Below are positions 20,930 through 31,000 of a stretch of 64,000 bases of DNA, piece by piece (position 1 is the stretch's first letter; each line of letters begins with the position of its first letter). The DNA is from a bacterium (lineage in GTDB: Bacteria > Hinthialibacterota > Hinthialibacteria > Hinthialibacterales > Hinthialibacteraceae), in the NCBI GenBank assembly GCA_963663405.2, contig CAXXSM010000150.1, positions 42,193-106,192 of the forward strand, read 5' to 3'. The notes below the pieces were generated by a model. It did not search any database. It saw only the letters and a program-made list of their open reading frames with translations, and was not told where the DNA came from. The translations under genes were made by a program, and so were the position numbers.

Positions 20930-21574
20930 ATGAAACACCGTGGATTTACTCTAATTGAACTCCTGATTGTAGTGGCGATCATAGGCATCTTGGCGGCGAT
21001 CGCTGTGCCCAATTTTTTAAACGCCCAAGTCCGAGCGAAAGTGGCGCGGGCGCGGAGCGATCTGCGCAATCTCTGCGTAGCGCTCGATAGTTATCAACTC
21101 GATCGAAATCAATTCCCCTGGCCTCTCCTCGGCGGAAATACAATCAACGTAGTCTACGAACTCACTACGCCCGTATCCTATATCTCCAGCGTCGATTTGG
21201 AAGATCCTTTCGCCCCGAAAGAAATGATTGAATACATGCGGGATCAAGGCCAGAATGTCTTTGACAGCTATGTCTATGTGAATTATCGCGGGCGGTGGGG
21301 ACAAAGCGAATGCGCTGGACGGTATGGCGTACCCCTCTCCGATTGCCCACGAGGCTATGGGATGAAATCACTCGGTCCCGACGGAGAAAACACGGGGGGC
21401 GTCCACTGGCCACTCGAGATGAAACTCAAAGGGGGAGAAGTCACCCCCGGCAACGCCTTCGTCACCCCCGGTATGCACGCCAATGACCGGCTTTACAATC
21501 CCTCCAACGGCCTAAACAGCATCGGAGACATCATCCGCTTTGGTGGAGAATTGGCAGGATCACAGGGGGGGTGA
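20930..21574 (+). CDS. Prepilin-type N-terminal cleavage/methylation domain protein, paralogue
   Basis: MKHRGFTLIELLIVVAIIGILAAIAVPNF; SLGPDG...YNPSNGLNSIGDI. Confidence 0.9.
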   Translation: MKHRGFTLIELLIVVAIIGILAAIAVPNFLNAQVRAKVARARSDLRNLCVALDSYQLDRNQFPWPLLGGNTINVVYELTTPVSYISSVDLEDPFAPKEMIEYMRDQGQNVFDSYVYVNYRGRWGQSECAGRYGVPLSDCPRGYGMKSLGPDGENTGGVHWPLEMKLKGGEVTPGNAFVTPGMHANDRLYNPSNGLNSIGDIIRFGGELAGSQGG

Positions 21575-21589
21575 AGTTGGAAATTCTTA

Positions 21590-24500
21590 TCAATTTTTTG
21601 AAAGCAACAGTTTTAAAACATTATTACTCTCATTAATCTCTTTCACTTCATCACCCGGATCAACATCAATCCGAAAAAACTGCCCTAAAAGTTCTTCCGG
21701 GATTTCAATCTCAGCAGCAATCGATTTTGGGATTAAATCAAGTGGCGCTTTTAAATCCTTCATCTCGATCGTTTTTTCCCAACCGTTTTGAGTCGCAATC
21801 CGGATTGAGAATTCCGGTACGTTTTCGGTTCCTATGTTATGAACCGTCAATTTGAGATTCTGAGGAGAAGTTCTTTCGATATCTTGCAAACCAATAGCCA
21901 GATCAGGAAGAAATTCCGGAGCAGGAGAAGAATCAATCTGCCGGACCGAAAGGATTGTCAATTGATGGGGAGGCAATGTCAATTGAAGCGGAATCCCTCT
22001 TTCTGTCACCCTCAGTTTTCGTAAAAAGAAAGGGGAACTGGCCGGATTTTTAAGCGAGACTTCATAGGTTCCATTCTCCAAACGCCAGAAGCGCGCTCCC
22101 ACCTCCGCTGGAGAGTCCGAAAACACATACAACTGCGCTTCCAGTTTTTTTGTATCAGACGCAGTCACAAAGGCCTCCGCTTCATCCCCCACCCCGTTCC
22201 ATGTGACAGCGTGAACAGGATAGTAAGTAGGATTCCCAAACGATCCAGTCAACATAGAGGTTAATACCGCGTTCCCTGGAATGGAGACACGGTCCGTGAA
22301 GAGAACCTCAGTCGTGATCATTGGAAGATTGTGACTCAATCCGCTGATGATCCCCTCCAATTCATGTTCTAATTTCAAAGAATCTCCCGTCAACCGATAG
22401 CGCATGGCGCCGGACGCCCGTTTGAGAAGCAGATCGTCATAGCGATCGTCTCCCGAAAGAACGCGCCATTTTTCCAGCACATCATAAAAAGCGTCCGTAT
22501 CGTGAAGTTTCCCCACCCATTCGAGACTGCCTTCTTTTGGATTCTCCTGTCCGGATCGCTGATACACCCGGATCGCATCCAGCGCGGCTAAGATCGGTTC
22601 AAGGATTTCATCATTTCCTGTTTCCGCCCAAGCGGCGAGCATGATGTGATAGAGTGTGCGCGTATAGGATATGGCCGTGAAATCGTTATACCCTTTCGTC
22701 TGCCACCAATGATCCGCATAACCGCCGATCCGCCCATCGGGAAAGGAGACGGAACCGGGAAGGATTCCCACCGGCTTGCCCCGGTCCTCGCTACGCCCCG
22801 CATTCACCCAGGCCATCGACCAGTTTGAAAGAAGATCGCGCACAACAGGATGACCACTGTACCACATCACCCAAGCGCCGGGTTTCGCGGCGCGTCCGTT
22901 CAGGGGCGTATCGGCCGACCGGGGAATGGTGTCAACCGTCTCTGAAGCGGAGAAGTAATGAGACTTGAAATGCAGGTCACCGTTATCATTGAGAGCGGTC
23001 CAGACAGTTTTCATACACCGCATAGTTTCGAGACAGGTTTCAAAATATTTCGGATCACCATAATGAGCGGCCATCATGAGGGGTTGTGTATCCGAAACCG
23101 GTTCAGCGGCGTGTTCGACATCCCCGATTTCTTTGCTATACCCATGCTCCACCACCCCCGACGCGAGAACGCCATCCGCGATCCGCTGGGCGCCAAGACG
23201 CGTAATCGGATCATTTACGGCAAGAACGAGGGGAATCCAGCTGCGCAGAATTTCAACGTCATCCCCCCAGCCACCACCGAGCTCTCCATTTTCACTTTGT
23301 CTGCGTTTTACCCAATAATAAATCACCTCTCGCAGCCTGCCCAGCGCTTCCCGCTGGAGAACCGCCCATCGGGGAGCGGTTTCCGGGGCGGTTTGCTCTC
23401 CATACACATGGCGGATCGATTCACCAAGATACATGCGCGGAAGTTCATGGCCGGGATAGAGTTCACACAAGGCGCGTGCGTGTTTCTTTCCCAAGTCATA
23501 ACAATGTTTCCAGCCCCCTTCGCGTCCATTCCAATACGAGACGCGCATCTGAATCAAAAGCGCAAGCGAGTAAAGGGGATCGGTCACTGGCACAGAATTA
23601 CATAATTCATAAGCGGACCAGTACCGGTGATAGCAGTTTAAATCCGTCTCCTCACGCGCCCATTGAAAATTCCACATCCGCAGCGTTTCCAGCGCCAAGA
23701 GAACGCGTTCGTCCACTTCGAGACGCTCCCGGACAGCGGGGGATGGGGATTTTATTCCACACAACTTTTGAATAGAAGATTTCAACAAGTGGATACGCAT
23801 CTCATCAGATGTATCGATATGGCTTGCGATAGTATCCGCCATTAGAATCCAATCGAGTTCATTTTCATCCTGGGGATATTCGTCCAGCAGATCAAGAGCC
23901 CGATTCACATTGTTATCATTCAGGGCGTCGAGGATATTCTGAAACGATTCATTTGGTGTTTGGACGATCAGTTTAGGGCCTTGCCGTTTGATCGACCATT
24001 GAGGAGCCGTGCGCAGATGAACTCCCAATATAGAACTTTTATTCTCCCCCAAATACCAGAGACGCCCATCCTCTGGTTCTCTCGTTGTATATTCCTTCCA
24101 CGAATCCGGACGGGATGGGGCGTAATCAACTTCAATAAGAATAATTCCATCTTTGGGAGCCACCGGGACTTTTACACTTTTAACAGGAGTCCCCCCCTGC
24201 GACCCCCAAACCTTTCCCCAGGCGTCAACATTCTCCGCCACAAGCGTTCCATTGATCCGCACACGCAGATCGTGCCGGCGTTTCTGATAACGGCCTACAA
24301 AAACCGTCACGAGATATTCGCCGGAAGGAACATCAACGCGAAATCGGATAGGCCCATCATCTTCAAATCCATCTCGATAGAGAGCCTTCCCCGGTTCCAC
24401 GAGATGAAGCGGATAATGCGCGTCCCCCTTCTCCGACAGTCCGGATTCATCATCAAAACCCGTTTTTGGAACCGATACCCAGCCGTAACCCGTTGTTTTT

Positions 24501-24667
24501 GAATAGATTGTATTTTCCGTTACCGGAAGAGAGCCCAACGCGGCGGGAGAACCATCCGGCCCCATATCAAACAGAATTTCAACATCTTCAGCCAAGGCCG
24601 CCGGGATCACAGCGAAAATCAAAATGAAGGTCAAAATAGTACTTTTTTTATACGTATGGAATCTCAT
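21590..24667 (-). CDS. Large secreted protein: galactose-binding-like N-domain, helical core, CARDB-like C-domain
   Basis: Signal peptide (ILTFILIFAVIPAALA-ED); FDMGP.GSP...YSKTTGYGW...FRVDVPSGEYLVTV; C-terminal LPDLAI...VHNIG...VDPGDEVKEINESNN. Confidence 0.65.
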   Translation of the reverse strand: MRFHTYKKSTILTFILIFAVIPAALAEDVEILFDMGPDGSPAALGSLPVTENTIYSKTTGYGWVSVPKTGFDDESGLSEKGDAHYPLHLVEPGKALYRDGFEDDGPIRFRVDVPSGEYLVTVFVGRYQKRRHDLRVRINGTLVAENVDAWGKVWGSQGGTPVKSVKVPVAPKDGIILIEVDYAPSRPDSWKEYTTREPEDGRLWYLGENKSSILGVHLRTAPQWSIKRQGPKLIVQTPNESFQNILDALNDNNVNRALDLLDEYPQDENELDWILMADTIASHIDTSDEMRIHLLKSSIQKLCGIKSPSPAVRERLEVDERVLLALETLRMWNFQWAREETDLNCYHRYWSAYELCNSVPVTDPLYSLALLIQMRVSYWNGREGGWKHCYDLGKKHARALCELYPGHELPRMYLGESIRHVYGEQTAPETAPRWAVLQREALGRLREVIYYWVKRRQSENGELGGGWGDDVEILRSWIPLVLAVNDPITRLGAQRIADGVLASGVVEHGYSKEIGDVEHAAEPVSDTQPLMMAAHYGDPKYFETCLETMRCMKTVWTALNDNGDLHFKSHYFSASETVDTIPRSADTPLNGRAAKPGAWVMWYSGHPVVRDLLSNWSMAWVNAGRSEDRGKPVGILPGSVSFPDGRIGGYADHWWQTKGYNDFTAISYTRTLYHIMLAAWAETGNDEILEPILAALDAIRVYQRSGQENPKEGSLEWVGKLHDTDAFYDVLEKWRVLSGDDRYDDLLLKRASGAMRYRLTGDSLKLEHELEGIISGLSHNLPMITTEVLFTDRVSIPGNAVLTSMLTGSFGNPTYYPVHAVTWNGVGDEAEAFVTASDTKKLEAQLYVFSDSPAEVGARFWRLENGTYEVSLKNPASSPFFLRKLRVTERGIPLQLTLPPHQLTILSVRQIDSSPAPEFLPDLAIGLQDIERTSPQNLKLTVHNIGTENVPEFSIRIATQNGWEKTIEMKDLKAPLDLIPKSIAAEIEIPEELLGQFFRIDVDPGDEVKEINESNNVLKLLLSKN

Positions 24668-25017
24668 TCGATACACCTCCGTAGGTGGATTATACACGCA
24701 ACACCACACCCGTATATCTCTTCTGATGTCTCCATCTCCTCCCTATCAAGTCCATTGTGCTTGATTGTGATACACTTACACCGACCAACAGCGAAAAGAC
24801 AACTAGACGCAAAAACAAATTATCCACAAAAAATATTGATGTTTACAGATGCTTCATATATAGTAAATAACAGATATCTATCTTTCCGGGACCTTCTACC
24901 CCCAGATCCAACAATAAATGAAGATTGGGGGAACCTGCGCAAACCAACCTTTGGCTATATCACCGGATCGTCACACAATATGGAAAAGATATTGTCTTAA
25001 TTCGCAAGGGGGGAATC

Positions 25018-26022
25018 ATGAAATTCACAAACATTCTCAAATCCATAATTCTATCGATCCTGTTCACATATAGTTCCATAAATATATGTGCGCAGAATAT
25101 CAACACACCTGAAAACTTTCCCGGCCGGCTGTTTCGCGGTGCCATTGAAAAAATCATTGGCGTCGAACCCGGCGGATCATTCACCGCCGGACAGGCGGCG
25201 GAAGTCACACGAATCGATATTCCTTCTCTCTTTGATGAGACTGGATCTGTGACGGATTTAACTGGGCTGCAGTTTTTCCCTGCATTACGAAATTTCAACT
25301 GCTCGTCCAATCAAATCACGAGTATCGATCTCTCTCATAACACGGCGTTGGAAGTTCTACGCTGCAGTGGGAATCCATTAACGAATTTGGATCTCTCCCA
25401 CAACACAGCGTTAAAACGTCTTAACTGCAATGCGTGTCAATTAACCAATTTGGACGTCTCCCACAATACAGCATTAGATACTCTCCACTGTAAAATAAAT
25501 CATTTATCCAGCCTGGATGTTTCTAACAATGTCGCATTGGAGCGGTTTGACTGCAGTGAAAATCAATTAATCCATTTGAATGTAACTGGAGCCACTCCGT
25601 TGAGATTCCTCTTATGCTCCGAAAATCAATTATCCAGTTTGGATCTCTCTCAGAATACAGCCTTAAAAAGTCTGACGTGCGATACAAATCACTTAACCGT
25701 TTTGGATCTTTCGAACAATACGATCATGGCTGGAGTCTGGTGTTCATACAATCGGCTGACAAACATTGTAATCTCTGAAAGTGGCGCAATATCATTTTTA
25801 GACTGTTCGAACAATCATCTAACCAGCCTTTCCAGTTTCGTCTCCAATCCAAGTCTTGGACAAGATGACACGTTGATTGTCACAAATAACTACATTGGCT
25901 GCGCCGATCCAAACACTGCTCTCCATGATATCGAAGTTCTTAAAGAACGAATGGGAACCGGTTTTCGCTACGATCCCCAAAAAGAATGTGAAACCGGCGT
26001 AGAGGATTGGTCATTGCATTGA
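25018..26022 (+). CDS. Secreted single-module capped LRR protein (9 Cys-containing 21-aa repeats)
   Basis: RBS GGGGGAATC-ATG, signal peptide, NINTPENFP N-cap, LxxLxCxxNxLxxLDxSxNTA repeats, NNYIGC..YDPQKEC C-cap, ends TGVEDWSLH. Confidence 0.88.
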   Translation: MKFTNILKSIILSILFTYSSINICAQNINTPENFPGRLFRGAIEKIIGVEPGGSFTAGQAAEVTRIDIPSLFDETGSVTDLTGLQFFPALRNFNCSSNQITSIDLSHNTALEVLRCSGNPLTNLDLSHNTALKRLNCNACQLTNLDVSHNTALDTLHCKINHLSSLDVSNNVALERFDCSENQLIHLNVTGATPLRFLLCSENQLSSLDLSQNTALKSLTCDTNHLTVLDLSNNTIMAGVWCSYNRLTNIVISESGAISFLDCSNNHLTSLSSFVSNPSLGQDDTLIVTNNYIGCADPNTALHDIEVLKERMGTGFRYDPQKECETGVEDWSLH

Positions 26023-26516
26023 AAATAATAATTTCCTTTTTAGAAAAGAATTGTAAATAAACTGATAACAGAGGGAAATCATGTATCTCACAAGCATCTC
26101 TAAATTCACCGTCTCAGTCTTGTTTATTACAAGCCTATCGATCCCCACCTGGGCGCAGAATATCAACACACGGGAAAACTTTCCTGATCCAGAATTCCGC
26201 GCAGCTGTTGAAACGTTCATGAACGTCTCCGCGGGAGGTGAGTTTACCGCCGTGGAGGCGTCTTCGAAAACTAAAACGATGAAATGTTCTGGACAATATA
26301 AAAAAGCCTCTTCGCTATTTCATGTGGGTAGAGGGTAGAACCTCGAGAAGATTACATTCCAATTTTCCTCTGCCAAACAGATGGTTACGATCAACTTGTA
26401 GACGTTTCGATATCTGTTAAGCGACAAGTATTTTGCAGTAGGATTGCCCTCCATCGATCCGTTTGCGGGTCTGGATTTTATCGAAGAAAAAAGAACCATA
26501 TCTTTATGTGCCGCAT

Positions 26517-26742
26517 GCTTGTGGAGTCTGTGGTCAGGCGCCTCAATAATCTTTCTCATTCCCCCTAATCTTTCGCAGGTGGCTGTCCAAATCTTGTGGG
26601 CAAACCGGCAGGAACTTTCTCTTCTCACCCAGAGTATCGGCGGTTTGTCCATAAGATGGCAGAATCCACAAGCCCTCACTCGTTCGGATTACTGATCATG
26701 AATCGCAGACCGGAGAGACTCAGCCGGTTTCATCCGGTGTCT
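26517..26742 (+). ncRNA. Putative structured RNA within the IS, antisense to the transposase
   Basis: Nested stems 26517-30/26660-73 (13/14) and 26591-607/26641-57 (17 bp, 2 G-U), plus a hairpin at ~26707-26742; wobble pairs work only on the + strand. Confidence 0.35.
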
Positions 26743-26796
26743 TTTGCTTAGTTTGGCGGCTTGCCTGCAGAAACGGGAACGATTCAAGCCGTATTA

Positions 26797-28050
26797 CTAT
26801 TTCGTGTGGGGCGAGGGAAGAACCTTGGGAAGATTGAATTCCAACTTGCTTCCAATCAAATAGATGGTAGTGATTAAATTGTTGACGTTGCGATAGCCTC
26901 TCGCACGGGCCTTGGCGGCTTGGATCAGGCTATTCATCCCCTCCAACAGACCATTGTTGATTCGCGAAGTAAACCAACGCACCACACCAGCCCAGTGCTC
27001 CTTGATCGTTTTCGCGGCCTTGATCATAGGCTCAATCCGGCTGTGAGTCGCCCAATAATACCACTTTTTAAGAAACGATTCCCCCTCCTCCGGATCGTCG
27101 AACGAAAACACGTCTTGGAACACGGATCGCAGATGGTAGGCTTTCACCGTCTTCAATTTGCTCCCTCGTACATCTTGAAAAATTTCGTTCCGTTTCTTCT
27201 CTTGCTTGTCCGTGAGATTCCATTCATTCTTCAGCCAAATATACTTCGTCCCCTTCAATAATTCGGGATAAATCGCTTGGTCTTGTTTGCGCACTTCGTC
27301 CACAGCTTGATTGATAATCCTCATCAGGTGGTATTCATCAAATGTCATTTCGGCGGCCGGGAAATTGGCTTCAATCCCGGATTGAAACGCCTGGGACATA
27401 TCCAAACAAAATTCCTCCACCTGCTCCGCCTTTCCGTTATGCGTCTCTAAATCCTCTTTGAACGCCCCCACCGTTTGAGCGTCCTTTCCATCGGTGGCAA
27501 ACATCACGCTGCGCTCGTCCAAATCCATGAATACGCTGACATAATTGTGCCCTTTGGCCTTTGAGGTCTCATCCACCCCCACCGCCTTCACTCCCGAAAA
27601 ATCCTCCCTCTCTCGCGCGTCCATCACATAATGAGTCAGCACTCGCCAAATCAGCGTGTCATATTCTCCGACCACTCGGCTGATCGCATTGGCCGTCATC
27701 CCATTCTCCGCCAGTGCCATGACCAACGCTTCAAATAACAACGTAAATCCCGCCCCCGGACGGGCCCAGGGAAGATTCACTGTCTTGACTTTATGATTGG
27801 GACATTTCACACGAGGTTGCCGGGCGTGTAAATACGTCTCATACTGAAAGAAATTCAGATGCCTCCAAGTGCGTCGTTTCGTATCATGCACTCCACACAG
27901 GTTCCCGCATTCGGGACAGGGAAACAGACTCCCCTCGGGAAAGTCCAGCGTGAGGTGCAAGGTTTTTTCTTCCTCAGGAAACTCGGCCTGGACGACCTGC
28001 CATGGCTCACTCAAACCTAACGCTAACCGGAATAATTCTTGGTTCTTCAT
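26797..28050 (-). CDS. ISL3-family DDE transposase (intact)
   Basis: LFRLALGLSEPW, CPECG zinc finger, WRHLNFFQ, VGVDETS, LDMS, FDEYH, NGLLEGMNSLIQAAKARARGYRN. Confidence 0.95.
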   Translation of the reverse strand: MKNQELFRLALGLSEPWQVVQAEFPEEEKTLHLTLDFPEGSLFPCPECGNLCGVHDTKRRTWRHLNFFQYETYLHARQPRVKCPNHKVKTVNLPWARPGAGFTLLFEALVMALAENGMTANAISRVVGEYDTLIWRVLTHYVMDAREREDFSGVKAVGVDETSKAKGHNYVSVFMDLDERSVMFATDGKDAQTVGAFKEDLETHNGKAEQVEEFCLDMSQAFQSGIEANFPAAEMTFDEYHLMRIINQAVDEVRKQDQAIYPELLKGTKYIWLKNEWNLTDKQEKKRNEIFQDVRGSKLKTVKAYHLRSVFQDVFSFDDPEEGESFLKKWYYWATHSRIEPMIKAAKTIKEHWAGVVRWFTSRINNGLLEGMNSLIQAAKARARGYRNVNNLITTIYLIGSKLEFNLPKVLPSPHTK

Positions 28051-28060
28051 TCTCTTCCTT

Positions 28061-28078
28061 CTCTCTCTCTCTCTCTCT
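28061..28078. repeat. (CT)9/(AG)9 microsatellite just upstream of the transposase RBS
   Basis: CTCTCTCTCTCTCTCTCT, 10 nt from the start codon. Confidence 0.9.
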
Positions 28079-31000
28079 TGGGATTGGGATCTTTGCCTTT
28101 AGCCTGGGCGGAGGATCGGACCTTGCGGGGACGCGAACTGAGTGCTGACCAAGAAGACTGTCGAAGGACGGTCTAGCACCGCCCTTCTTGTTAGTTTATC
28201 TCGTCGGGATTGGTACGTAAGCGATATATCTTCGGGAGGATGGAGGAAAGCCTTCCCCAAATCTACCCACTCGATTCAGCGAAGAGCCATAAAAAACAGA
28301 AAATCAAAGAGACAACAGGATTGCATTTCTTCCCAAATATCACATCGCTCGATTGCTCGTGGAATCAGTTAAAAAAACTGGATCTCTCCCACAATACGGC
28401 GTTGCACTCACTCAAGTGTAACTGCAATCAATTGATCGAACTGAATCTCTCTCACAATACAGATCTAGAGGAACTTGACAGTTCGGGCAATACTTTAAAA
28501 AACCTGGATGTCTCCAACCTTACCAAATTATCCTCACTCACTTGCAGTAACAATCAAATCACCGTTCTGGATGTTTCTCAAAACACAGCCTTGAAACGGC
28601 TCTACTGCTGGGGAAATCAATTGACCCACCTGGACGTCACCCACAACACCGCGTTGGAATCGCTCTACTGTTTGAGCAATCAATTGACCAGCCTGGATGT
28701 CTCCAACGCCATCGAGCTGCAATCTCTCGACTGTCGGGAAAACCTATTGACAAGCCTTTCCACGCTCACCGCCAATGAAGGACTTAGTCAAGGAGACTAT
28801 GTCAACGTGCAAAATAACTATATCGGATGCGCCGATCCAGACACCACCGCGGCTGACATCCAAATTCTACTCGCGCGAATCGGCCAATACGATAAAAACA
28901 GCCGGCCACGCACAGGCTTCATTTTCGCGCCACAGAAAGCATGCGCAACAGAGACCCCGGATTCACAGAATATAAATACACCAATCTTTTTCCCCGATCC
29001 AAATTTCCGCGAGGCGGTCGAGGAATTCATGGATGTGGAACATAATAGAACATTCACGGCGGCGGAAGCCTCAATTAAAGATGGAACGCTGGATTGTTTG
29101 TTACTTGACATAAAAGATACAACCGGTCTAGAGTTTTTTCATGCTTTAACCGGGCTTAATTGCGCAGCCAACCAATTGACGCGCCTGGATGTTTCTAATA
29201 ATACAGCACTAACCGGCTTGATTTGCACTCAAAATCAATTAACAAGCCTCGATGTTAGTAACAATCCCAAGTTGGGACTGCTCCTTTGCTATGAAAACGA
29301 ATTAACAAGTTTGGATGTCACTCACAATCCCATGTTGGAATCACTTCGCTGTGATTTTAATCAACTCACCAGTCTAGATGTTTCTAATAATCTTGTATTG
29401 ACCACCCTCTGGTGCAGAGGCAATCAAATAGCGGATCTAGATGTCACTAACAACACTGCATTGTACTCTTTCTACTGCAGTGGAAATGAATTGACCAGCC
29501 TTTCAAGTTTTGTCGCCAACGAAGGGCTTGACGCCGGAGATTTTGTTAATGTCAGAGACAATTATATTGGCTGCATAGACCCTGACGCAGCCGCAAGAGA
29601 TATAGAAATATTAAAAGAACGTATTGGACAATTGTTTTTTTACGAATCCCAAAAAGACTGCGCAACCGCTCCCCCGGATTTACGGAACATCAACACATCG
29701 GAAAACTTCCCCGATCCAAACTTCCGCGCGGCGGTCGAAGAATTCATGGGTGTAGAATCCGGCGGTGGATTTACAGCGGCGGACGCTTCGATCAAAGAAG
29801 GAACACTGGATTGTTCCAACCGTGGAATCGAAGACTTGACCGGTATCAAACTCTTCCCACAATTAACTGGACTTATCTGCAAAGCCAATCAACTGCGAGA
29901 CCTAGATCTTTCCTACAACATCGCTTTAGAGTATCTCAACTGCTCCGCGAATCAACTCACCAGTTTGGATCTTTCCAATAACACGATGTTGAAGCGCTTC
30001 GATTGCAGCGCCAATCAACTCACCAATCTAGATATTCACAACAATACTGCCTTGGAATGGTTGGATTGCCATCAAAACCAATTAAACAGCCTCTCTAGTT
30101 TTACCGCCAACGAAGGACTTGGAACGGGCGACTATGTCAACGTACAAAACAATAGCATTGGTTGCGTGTACCCAGAGTCCACTGAGGCAAATATACAAAT
30201 TTTAAAAGAACGCATTGGTGAATCATTTTTCTATGAATCACAGAATGTGTGTGAAACGGATCCAAATAAAATACTAAACATTAATACTCCAGAAAACTTT
30301 CCCGATCCAAATTTCCGCGCGGCTGTCGAAGACTTCATGGGTGTGGGATCCGGTGGAGAATTTACAGCGGCGGACGCCTCGATCAAAGAAGGAACACTGG
30401 ATTGCGAGAATCGCGGCATTCAAGACATGACGGGTTTAGAACGTTTCCCTGCTATTCCCGGACTCGTTTGTGGAAGGAATTCTATTTCCAACCTTGATGT
30501 CTCTTATAATACCTCTTTAACTATTCTGATATGTGATTCACTTGATAATCTGACAAATATCGATCTCTCGCAGAACACCGCATTAGAGTCTCTCAACTGC
30601 GGTTTCAATGATTTAACCAGCCTTGACGTTTCACATAATACCGCTTTGGTCAATCTTGAATGCTATTATAATCAAATATCCAGTCTGGATGTCTCGCGCA
30701 ACGCCACATTGGAATCTCTCGTTTGTTATAACAACAAATTAACCAGCCTGGATGTTTCTAACAATCCCGGTTTGCATGAACTCGGTTGTGATCATAATCG
30801 ATTATCCAGCCTTGATGTCACACACAACACCGTACTGACTAAACTCACTTGTGGAGACAATGAAATACCAGATTTAGATATCTCCAAGAATCCTATGTTA
30901 GAATATCTCTCCTGCTCGTATAACCGGCTGACCAGTCTTTCCAGTTTTGTCGAAAACGAAGGTCTTGGCCCAAAAGATTGGGTAACTGTAAGCAACAATT

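Larger units (their letters stand above)
26306..28288 (-). mobile_element. ISL3-family insertion sequence, 1983 bp
   Basis: Imperfect 27-bp IRs (GCCTCTTCGCTATTTCATGTGGGTAGA / GGCTCTTCGCTGAATCGAGTGGGTAGA, 21/27); 8-bp TSD ATAAAAAA at 26298-26305 and 28289-28296. Confidence 0.95.

Noticed and set aside
26320-26695. Passenger protein genes in the IS (119-aa minus and 83-aa plus ORFs)
   Set aside because: The minus ORF is a decayed transposase relic; the plus ORF has no RBS or recognisable family
28210-28296. Native N-terminus of the 1662-aa ORF
   Set aside because: This segment is IS sequence; the real start is 26081
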